From Zygnema circumcarinatum SAG 698-1b (Eukaryota; Plantae; Zygnematophyceae), in NCBI GenBank assembly GCA_037447605.1, contig CM074805.1, positions 2,265,361 to 2,329,360 on the forward strand: DNA of 64,000 nt, read 5' to 3'. Positions 11,780-22,482 of the stretch are shown piece by piece. Within the stretch, counting starts at the first letter, position 1. The number at the start of each line of letters is the position of its first letter. Both the position numbers and the translations under genes were made by a program. The notes beneath the pieces are model-generated. The model had not been told where the DNA came from and did no database searches. It worked only from the letters and a program-made list of their open reading frames with translations.

Positions 11780-14700
11780 ATGGGGCGGCGGGCTCTGCTG
11801 TCGGCGCTCTGCGTAGTCGGGCTGCTCCTTCTGCGCGCAGGGGCGCAGTCGCAGCTGTACAGCGCTCCGACGTTCTGCGTTAATGCGCCGTGCGAGGGGG
11901 GAACCACGCCGTCTTTTTTCGATTATGTGCTTTACAACGGCACTTGCAACTGCAGCGCACCAATTTTGCTGGAACTTCTTCTCGTCAATCCCCAATTTAC
12001 GAGGTTTACGAGTGAAACCAGCGTTGGACTGAGAACTTCACTCGGCAATGCTCTTGACATCCGTCCGGCACAGGTAGGAACCTTTTCCTTTCCGGGGTAT
12101 ATGTTGCTCACGAGACGAAAAAAACAGTAGCGACATTAATGGACTTCTCACTCAAGAGTAGGTAAAGTATGTGAAGGCTACATGGAAAACCTAACCCATT
12201 GTATTGAGGTGAATGTTTCCTTCTGGACATTTACATTGCAAAGGCTGGAGCTAGTTGAGGGACGCTCTTAACGACACATATAGAGCAATGATTAGACTCT
12301 GGCGATGGAGAAATGCATGAGGTCTTTAATCCGTATGATTGAACTTATGGATTAAGTACTGGCCCAGCAGCCATTGATCTAAGGAACATTATGCAGGACG
12401 ACTTCTAGTCCAGTTCTTTCCTATCTATATAAAGGACGGACGTTTCTGCATAGAATGCACAAGGTCCTTGGTCAGATTTGTTGCGGCTGGATCTGAAGCT
12501 GAAGCTGAAGCTGTCACAACGTTTTTGTAAGAGGTTCACAAACACAGCCGTATTTGCTATTGCCGTTTACTGGCCAAAGTAGACAAATACCTGACCGTAT
12601 CAGGGACTCGGAAAACTTTGAATAGCAGAGTTGTGCTGTCCACACTGGAGAAAGAAATAGAGTTGCTTACGAGTTTGTTTTCTCAATATCATTTACGCAA
12701 ATAAGGCCCTTGATGTAGAATGTTTTTCATTTTTAGACTAATGTAGAAATTACGAATAATGCATAACGTATCAAGATGCATATGCATATTGGTATCACTA
12801 AAGCACAGGTTACGACAAACAGTTTCAGTCAATATTAAACATTGAGAGACGTTGCTTAATTTTTAGTTTCGAATAGTGATTTTTTCAAGAAGTTTAAAGG
12901 AAGATTTTTTAACCATAGCATTGCTGGAACATAGGTTGGTGACCTAGACCTTTGTGCAATAAAGAGATTTGATTACCTTCAAAATGCGCGTCTGGTACAC
13001 TTTTGCTGACCAGTTGATGAACTCCATCTGCAAAGTGAGAATTGCACAGCCGCGCATAGAGAGTGAATGCTGTGTATGTGAGCTTTCAGAGCCAAAGTGT
13101 CCTGTAGTTAGCTTCGGGTAAAATCAAACCACCGCGGAGGGCCTGATTTCAAGGACTGTTTTTATGTTTTGCTTCATTACTGTTGGGCTCAGCTGGAAGG
13201 AGTTCAGCCATCCTCTTAGTGACCTCATGAAGATTAATCTATGTGGGTAGCAGTGCAGTCAGATCTAAGTATGTTTTGGAGTCATATGCCCTCTGTTGAA
13301 CGGAGATTGCTGTATGAAGATTCAATTTATAATTTACTTTAAACTTCTATCTTGCAATGTTTTCTGGCCCCATGAGTAAAGAGCCCATGGACTACAGTCA
13401 CTCTCAACCGTTCCCTTTCCACTTCCTATTTGCAGTTATATTCTTGTTTGTTGCCTTCATCCTTTACTTTCAATATATATTTTCTGGCAGTGAAGACAAT
13501 TGATTGTTTCAAGGTGACGAGTGCGCCCTGATCAAACCACTTCCAATTTTTCTGATGACTTTTTCGCTGATTACCGGTTTCCAACTTTGACTGGTCTCAG
13601 GTCTGGGTCCAGTCAGCGAACAGCACTTTGGTCAATCGCACAGTCGTCGATGTCGAGCTGTTTCCTGCAAACGATAATTCGTGGACTTTGGAGCGAACGC
13701 TGTCCGTCCTCGTGATTCTGCTCAACAATGGCACCATTTTAGGGCCAAATTTTGGCACGTTTTCTATTCTGAACGTGAGCGTTGCAGCGGTTGCTGATGG
13801 GGCTTCCCCGCCTTCGTTCGACAGTCAGAGTAGGCACTCTGCCTTGCCATGTGAAACCCTTTAATCCCTTTAAGTTGGCCCCTCGATGGTCCTGGTGAGG
13901 CTGTACAGGATTCATGCCTTTCCCAACCAAAATGAATAGTACTTTTTAAAGAATTATCGCATTGCTTTATTATCTATTGCCATCGAATAAGCTTGACTGC
14001 CTCCATGAAGCGCCGGTTTAAAAATTATGATTTAATTGACCGTTTTTTCGATGTATGATCCTTGGGAACAGGTTTACCCCCTCTAACCCCGCCCAGCATT
14101 GTTGGTTCGGCAAAACAAAGTAATTGCCTGGCTTCGACTACTACTCTGCAGGATTCACCCTCCTCGACAGCTTCAAAATTTGTGTGCATGCCGGCATAGA
14201 GAGGTTTCATCCAGGAACTTGTAACTTACAAGATATGGAGCCAAAGTTGGTTTGATGGCCGTTGGCGATGTAGGTCTGTTTCGTGTAGTTGATGGGCTAC
14301 AAACAGCACACTCTACTGCCTAAATATGGGATATGCTATGCTGTCACCGCCTCTACCGCTGATGTCGATCTTGTTTCATCACTGGGTGTGACATGTCATG
14401 TCATTGTCTGGTCTTGAAATCGATCTTTTTTTTAGTGGTAATAAACCTCCATGGCGGAGGCCCCTTACGTTGGTCGAGTGTGTGTCAGCATTGTCGGTCC
14501 AAAACTTTCATTCTAATTCAGTCGCTTCTGCTATAGAAGTGCTCATCCTTTCAATCACTGCAGCCAGTGGAAGGCATAAAAATCCTAGGTTTGACTAGGT
14601 ATCTTTATGGGATCTCCTTGTGGGGGATGATACATGTCCATGCATGCCCCTCTCCTCAATCAGAGAGTAATCTCATTCTAGTAACTAGCCCGTTCTCTTC

Positions 14701-17700
14701 TCATGGATCTCTAATGCTCATTCTCTGCTTGTGGCGGCTGATGATATCAGGCTCAAGTCTTGCTGGATGGGCCATTGGCTACATTTGTCTGGGAGCTATC
14801 TTCTCGCTCTTGCTATTTGCACTATTGGTATGGTGGCTGCTCTCTTTGAGAAGCCATCGAAGTCCGCGATGGTATCGGAAGCCGATCTCGACGTACACAT
14901 CGGGTCCACTCAACACAAGTAAGGGATCTGCATATAAGTTCAGTGATCTGTATAACCTTTTTTTTTTTTTTTTTTCTGCCGTTCGAGGCTTGGCTGCAAT
15001 GGTGTGGAAATGTCAAACTAGTTGGTATACTAGAAATAGAAGTACAGCTACGAAAAATGAATTATGCATCCAGCAGAATGATCTGCTTATAGTTATTCAG
15101 CGTTTAACTGTTATATGTTTAATGAAACACACGCTTCATTATAGTCTGACCATGGATGCGAGGGGAAAATGCAGGGGGTGCAGTCCGATCAACGTCAACC
15201 TTTGGGCAAAAGGTTCAAGAATACTTTGTGCGTGAGATTCCCCTTGATCAAATAATGAGTGCAACCGACAATTTCTCCGATGAATGTGTTCTGGGCGTTG
15301 GCGGTTATGGCACGGTGTATAAGGGCCGGAGCCATGATGACGTGGACTGGGCTGTGAAGCGAGCCAAAAGGAAAGCGGATACGGGCGTGGAAGACTTTCA
15401 GAATGAGGTGAGCCGCTGTTGCTGAGGGTATTCAAGATGGCTCTATAACAGACATCTATTGATAACCAAAAAGGCTTCAGCGATCAAGCTTTGAAGAGAG
15501 TGCAGTAAGTGATTGTTGGGCTCAGAGAGAGTTGTGTTGCCGATGTAGGTGGACGTAATATCGAAAATGAGCCATAGAAATCTGGTCCGGCTGCTCGGCT
15601 ATTGCGACGAGAAAAACGAACAGATTCTCGTGTACGAGTATGTGGCCAGAGGCACACTCCGTCAGCACCTCAAGGTCTCTGACGGTCAGTTCTTGTCTCT
15701 ATATCTGTCTCCCTTCCCCTTTTTTTTTTTTTTTAATGTAGACTCCTTTTGAAAGAACACCTCTAGGGAAAGTTCCCATCTTCTAGTGTTCAACCCTCTA
15801 GAAAGTTTGAGATGCCCAGATCCTCAGCCAACTCATGCGTCTTTGTGAAGCTAAAATGAGGAAATACTCTGCCACTCCCTGGCATTGTTGTCTGAGATCC
15901 ACAAGGGTCTCCTCTCCCATCGACATCAGTACCTTTTGTGGATGCCATGTTGCATTTTACTAGAGTCCACTTGACCCCACAGTGAGAAAACTTGGGACCC
16001 ACATCGCCCAATTTATGGGGCAAGGCGCCTGTCTGTGGGCTGGCTAACTCGTCAGGTCTGAAGCCTCTCAACTTCCAGCAGCGCTTAGAGATCGCTATCG
16101 GAGCTGCGGAGGGGCTGCGCTACCTCCACAGCTTTGCCAAGCCGCCCATCATCCATCGTGACGTCAAGTCCGACAACATCCTCTTAGACAACGAGCTTCA
16201 GGTACCTTACTCGCTCTCAGACATTCCGATGTTCAGGAATGGTCACCCGGCCCTCCATGGACACCCAAACTGAATGAATGAAACTCGCAAACACTGTCAT
16301 GGTTTTCCGATAAGTGCCACAAAAATGTTCCTTGGAGCAGTTGGCTTTTGGTTTTGCTTATTCTTTCTCATTTATTTGGAGACTCTTAACCTCATCAGTT
16401 CGGCCATGTCCTTGGTATGGCTGCTGATTTTTTTTGCAATCCATCAAACATGTACGAGATGTTCAGCCTACATCAGTATTGTAGAACCTCTAGAAGCCAC
16501 GCAAAAGCTTGCCAGCGAGCAGGATGTTGGCAGCTAAGCCCTGATTTGAGTGTGTGGGGACATGGCAGGCAAAGGTCGCCGATTTTGGAGTATTCAAACA
16601 CCTTCAGACCCCAGGTGTGGCTGCGGCTGGAGGCTCGCTGAACACAAAAGTGGTTGGAACGCCCGGATATCTCGATCCTGAGTACTACCAGACATACAAA
16701 GTGACTGCAAAGAGTGATGTGTACAGGTACGGCTTTGCGCATGCATGTGCTTCAGCAGGTATATGAAGGCTTGTACTGACAGTCGTTGCGTTCCAAAATT
16801 TAGTCAAGGAAACTTGGTAGCACTCTAGAGCTTGTAGTAACAGTAGTAGTAATGCTCCCGGGAGCAGAGTTTTCCATCCTCGCATGACGGAACAAGGTGT
16901 AGAACTTGATGGATTTTCAAACATTGTGGCTTTCTGCAGTTTTGGAGTGGTCCTCCTCGAACTCATCACCGGGCAGCCCTCGATCATGGCGGATCCGACG
17001 GCTGCCAATGAGAATGTGATGGTCACATTGGCAAGATGGGTAAGTGCACGCCTTGCACCGCTGTGTCTCCGGGCCAAGAAGGTCTCGCGCAATAGGTCCC
17101 TATTTCATTGTATGATTCGCAACTGGGTGTGATTTGCTCTGACTTGTTGCTGAATTGACGAGGATCCAGCAGTGCAATCTACCCTAAATATGGATGGTTC
17201 AAAATACAAAAAGAGTAATGAATCTGTTCGGCAATCAATGGGGAGGATCAATTGACTCCAGTGGCGTAGATGCGCATGATGAATGTCTACGAGTCCACTG
17301 ATGTTGACCTTTAAAAGTTGCCGGGTTTTGGTTTGCGGATTTCCATACCTCTCGAACTGGGTAATGTCGGAGGACAGTTATTCTAGGGGTCGCATTCAAA
17401 ACGGCCCTCGCTAATTCAACTCCTTGTTCTGCCTTTGCAGGCAATCCCGAAGATTGCGGCGGGAAGAGTGGATTCTATCGTAGATCCAAGTCTTTCAGGA
17501 TACCCCCGGCAAGCCCTGCAGATGTTGGGGTCGGTGGCAGCAATGTGTGTGCGGAGGCAGGGACGAGAGAGGCCAGAAATGGCGGAGGTTGCGACGCGGC
17601 TCAATGAGATTAAATACTTTTTGCAGCCTTCATCGGGTATCCTTTCAGAGGTTCCTCTTGACGAGCCGGACGGTCTGGGGGCGATTCCGGAATTCATGCC

Positions 17701-17782
17701 TGAGAGCGCTCTGGGAGAAAGTGCCAATCTGTCAACCGAAAACACGACAGCCCCTGTCTCCATGGTGTTCAGTGACAGATAG
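11780..17782 (+). CDS. Receptor-like Ser/Thr kinase (RLK/Pelle) with signal peptide, small ALE2-like ectodomain, one TM helix and a kinase domain
   Basis: Signal peptide [22 protein letters not shown]; ectodomain exons 11780-12073 and 13601-13829; TM exon from 14751 ([25 protein letters not shown]). Kinase exons 15184-15407 ([16 protein letters not shown]), 15549-15684, 16056-16201 ([11 protein letters not shown]), 16569-16726 ([13 protein letters not shown]), 16940-17039, 17441-17782. Confidence 0.93.
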
Positions 17783-18427
17783 CCCCGGAGGGCAGCTGGG
17801 GGCGCTGGCGCCTTCCCGACCTTTCTCTACGTCGCGCTTCCGCCTGCCTCTGCTGTCATACAGGACTTCATCTCTTCCAGAGGTAAACATGTGGACCAAT
17901 TGTACATTGTGAAGGTAATGAGGCTTTGAGGTCAGAGTCCATCTCAGACTCTCAAGATATGAAGGGACACGTGCTCTCACTGGGAAATTGTAGGCTTCTG
18001 CAAGGGCAAAGCATAAACCGCACACTGACTCATGCCGTCGGGTGCGAGGCCGTCTTATTATTTATGCTTGAAATCAGAATAAAAGCAACGCGCTTTCGTT
18101 GGTGGATGCGCGTACAGTCTTGCCGGTAGCTCTGAGATCACTGCAGAGATCTGTGGGTTTTTTCTTCTTGCTTTCCGTCTGTATCAAAGTTTGGAATCAA
18201 CTTAAATAAGCTTAATTATGATCCATTGAAATGTATTCTTGCCCGTACGGTGCCCCGCTCTCCCGAGCTTCCCCTGCCTGCATCGCTCTCCCCCTCCCTC
18301 ACTGTCCGACAACGACGTGCGACGGGATGTGTTAGGATGCGTGTTCCCCGTAGTGAAAGCCAAGGCGACACGTGACCTCCTGCAGGGCCCCCGTCCAGTA
18401 CGATTTCTCAAAACACATCGGTAAAAT

Positions 18428-18683
18428 GGAACTGTCAACTCGAACGGTCAACTCAAATGGTCAACTGAAACTGGAAAGGTCAGCTAGAACGGTCAACTGG
18501 AATGGTCAACTAAATTGGTCGAACGGAATGGTAACTGGAACGGTTGACTATACTGTAATGGTAAAATCAAACGGTAAACTCCAGCGATCAACTGGAACGG
18601 CCAAGGAGAACGGTTACCCGTACCGTTACCGGTGACCTGTTTGGTGAACTGGAACGGTACACTCGAACGGTAAACTGGAACAG
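18428..18683 (+). repeat. Degenerate tandem array of a ~12-bp unit (consensus about AACTGGAACGGT)
   Basis: Recurrent variants: aactcgaacggtc, aactggaatggtc, aactggaacggtt, aactggaacggcc, aactggaacggta, aactggaacagt. Confidence 0.8.
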
Positions 18684-19110
18684 TGAAGCCCTCAGTTGAA
18701 ATGTCGGCACGGGTCCATAGATATGAGACCGGGCCGTACAGGGCCGCAACCTGCGCCGACCTATGGGGCCCTACTCGACAGAAGTCGTCGGTAGGGGCGA
18801 CACGTGGCGTGCAGCGGTCGGACCATCGGATCGACCTTGCAGCAATAACCAATGGTTCACACAACCATTGGTTCCCGGCCTAGCCAACCATTGGATTAAA
18901 ACAGAAGAAGGGCACAGAAGGGAGGGACGCCTGAGGGCGCGTGAGAGCTCCGGTGGGCAGGCAGCTCCGGGCGGGCAGGGGGGCTGACGTGGCTTCTCCT
19001 CCCTAGGGGCCGCCAGCAGAGCTGGGTGGGCGGGCCGCAGTCCATCATGGCATGGCCACAAAATGAGCAGTTTACAAATGGTGACCATAGAAGACATTGG
19101 ACAATCCGTG

Positions 19111-22100
19111 TTACAAAGGACAGTTGCACGTTTCTGAGGTGCTATCCATCTCTAATCCTCTACCTAGAGCAACCGCTGCCTTCTCACACTCCTCAAAAAA
19201 CTGCGCAAGTTCTCTCGCAATAAGCAGCCTCCACTCCCTAACAGCAGCCGCTTCCTCCACCGTCCCACCTTCCCCCGCTGAGGTTGCTGCAGCATCGTCA
19301 GTCTCCCAGCCGTGGCCATGGCTTCCTGAACGCAACCCCACACCCTGCACACACTCTCACACAGCAGTGAAACCAACCGGTCTTCTGGCCGTTACAGGAC
19401 GAGGAAAACATGAATTGCGGCAAACTGCTCATTGCAAGCGCAGGCGAGCAGAGGCACTCAACTGCGGCAAGGGAGCAATGGCTGCAGCGAGGCGGCAAGG
19501 CCGACATGGGCAGGTTGCAGGGCAGCAGGCCCTGCAGGCGCTGAAGCAGCTCTCTGCGGGAGGAGTTCAACGCTTGCGCAATATGGGGCCGCATCCGACT
19601 GATCTCCTGCTGCTCAGTTCCTGCTGTCGACAAGCAAAATGCGAGAATGTCAGTTTTAAGTGAAACAAGGTCGGAAAGGAACAAAAATGAAAAGGATTGC
19701 CTCTATGAGAGGTATCGTTCCAAACCCAACGGATGTCGTATTTTCAACGATGGCAAATGGTGTACAATCGCAGGAGACTATGACCCTCTAGCCCTAGATA
19801 TTCTACCAAACCCACCTGGTCTGATCGATGCCATAGTTTGGGAGAGGAGAGCTCGAGTCCGCTTGTCGATGGCGTGCATCACGCTCTTCTCGCCGGCCTC
19901 CCTCGCTGCTGTCCTCTGACCACCTCCAGCATCCGACAAGATCAGCAGTGTTGGAGCTTGAACTCCGGCCCCACACAGATAAAATGCTCGAATCATCAGA
20001 GCCCATTTTCACAAGCGGCGAAACGCGAGTGACAGACTATGAGCAGCACAACATACGTCCATCCAGAGGAGCATCAGTTCTGAACAGCCTTAAAATTGCA
20101 CAGCAAATTAATGCATCCAAATCAGGTCAGCTGAGCCCCTTGCAACTTTGCCAATTCAAGAGGTTCAGTGCCGCACCATTGCCTCCAGCTGCTGGGACGA
20201 CAGCTGCCGCGCTACCGGCGGTCCCCACATAGCGTCCACTTCTGCCAAGAGCTGCGCACTGTTCACCGTAACCACGATGTGCTTGTGATGGAAGCGGAGG
20301 GAAGGGATAGTGGGAGCCTCCCCATAGGAAAGGGATGTTGCTTCAACGAAGCCAAAAGTGCGCAAAGCAAGGGAGGCTGCGGCTGTGAGGGAGGACCCTC
20401 GCCCCCGTACCCGCACGCATCGAGGGAGACTCGAAGAGTGTTCGCCTCCCAGGAGCACACCGCGGGCTGGGGCGCCTCCCACGCCGCGGCCACTCGCGCC
20501 CAGACACGTGGCGGCACTTGCTCGCCTTCCGGCCGCCGGCGATTCCTCTCCCGAGCTTCTGCTGGTGGCACAGCCACGTGGACGATTACGAATGCTGCTC
20601 CGTCTGCAGAGAAGGAGAGCAGTCTCCATTCACCCACATGGTCGGTAACGGCATTGCACAACGACTGAGCTGAGGCTGTGAATGGGGCCAACATTCAGTT
20701 TACTGAATTTGGATTCTAAGCACTGAGGAGTACAGATAGGCTGCATGTATCCTCACATTGGCGAGCCAATTGGAAGACTTGCCGTCGCATGCTCCGCAGA
20801 TGCATTGTGTCGTCAACCAGCAGCAGCAGCCTTTGCTCTTCACCCACGTTGGGGCAGGAGGAGGAGTTCAGCGCGCAAGCTCACACACACAACTAGAAGC
20901 GGTCTTATCCTCTATTTGCCACCCTCCTAGTAGCCCATGCTCAGATCTTCTTTTTACTAAGTGTCCCCACATTCCAGACGCTGTGGTTTTTTGGACGCGA
21001 GTCACTTTGTGGATTTGAACGCATACAGAAAGGGTGTATCAGAGGACATTGAAGCCCGGAGCATGACGTCGGCTGCAATGCCAGTATAAGCTCATAACTC
21101 AGTGCCGAGACTGCTGCGACAACTGCAGGCAGTACCGTGGCCAGGAACATCCTTCAATAGGCACGAAAGAGCAGGAAAACCAGCCATTGGGGGCTCACCA
21201 CGTGGCCCATTTTCACCGGCTAACCACCTCTCCACCTCCGCCAAGGCTTCTATCCGCCCAGCCTGCACTCTCATGCCACCCTCTGAGTTGCATATTGACA
21301 GTCGGATATCGGCCAGCAATATCTTCTAGGCAAACAAACCCTTGCTTGACAGAGACCTGGTTAGCCAAACTTAGAGACCAAACTTCAAATACCTTCCAGT
21401 CGGATGGACTGAAAGATGATTGTGCCGGCATAAGAGGCCCCTCTCCTTGCATGCAAATACTTGCATCATCTCCAAAGGAAGGAGAATGTTTCCGATTCAA
21501 GACAGTAAAATCGTCAAAACGTATGTGGACAGCGTTAATAGCTAAGAGACCTGCTATGCACAACACAGAAACCGGGCAAAGAGCGTGAGAGCTTAATTGG
21601 GTTTGTGCAAATAGGGAACGTGCTTTGCCAGTCCCAGACAGGTGGATGCAGATTTAATTCATTGTTCTCAATGAGCAGGCGCGAGGTTCAACAGCAACGG
21701 GGAACGATCCGTTTGGGTTAGAGGAGCATTGCCTTCGAAAGACACCAGCCAGAGTTTGCGCGCACCATAATTCGGCAGCGTTACTTCACAACGTATTATC
21801 AAACTATTCTGGCAAAATATAAGAACTGTGCACTGTAGTGGCCGGTAAGCCAGTTCTAGAAATGACATGAAGCCAGTTCAAAGACAGTCACCAGAGACTA
21901 CTTAGAATGTAATTTAGTAGACGAGCCATACGTTGAAATGAGCACTTTCTTCGGTGGCACTAGAGAGCTTGTGCATGAAGTTAGAGACTCCTGGGCTTTG
22001 TAACCACCTTCAGATGAATAATTTCCAATAAATTAATCTCTTCCATTCAATATGTAACCAAGCACAAGCCAAACAAGCGCTTTAAGCAAAGCGAGCCACC

Positions 22101-22238
22101 TCTCCCTCACTCACCGTCGGCCTGCAGCGAAGCCACATGGCTGCACACGCTGCGAGCAAGCGTCGTCTTTCCCGCCCCGGGCAGCCCCGCCAGCAGCGCT
22201 ACGCACACCACCGCCCGCCCGCCTGCAGGCCCCGCCAT
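19111..22238 (-). CDS. PSTK: O-phosphoseryl-tRNA(Sec) kinase (L-seryl-tRNA(Sec) kinase), multi-exon
   Basis: P-loop VALLAGLPGAGKTTLARS (exon 22238-22115); AVHIRFDDF (21550-21393); GRIEALAEVERWL (21262-21136); LLLVDDTMHLRSMRRQVFQLARQ (~20890-20757); FVIVHVAVPPAEARERNRRRP...AWEAPQP..CSWEANTL (~20600-20411); SVMHAIDKRTRALLSQTM (19915-19816); ALNSSRRELLQRL (from 19620). These match eukaryotic PSTK motifs in order. The last exon boundaries are less certain. Confidence 0.88.
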
Positions 22239-22482
22239 GGCTCCCTCCTCCCTCATAAAAGCACTGTCCAGACTGCCACTTCCCTCCTTGTCCACCCTCT
22301 GCGAGCTGTTACAGTGACTGAGTATTGTCCAATGGCGGCTCGCCACGTCTTCAACTATTGACACGTGGAAAATCCCCATTGGACGTGCTCGAGTAGCAGG
22401 TATTTTCGCCAATGCGGGAAGACGAGAGCGGTTGGGCGCACAATTGGGCCCCCCCTCCGCTGCGGAGGGTGGGGAGGTCGCC

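Noticed and set aside
18383-18773. Short inverted match CAGGGCCCC / GGGGCCCTA as hAT-like TIRs around the 12-mer array
   Set aside because: The flanking 8-mers do not match, so there is no TSD; a 9-bp match in GC-rich DNA is expected by chance.
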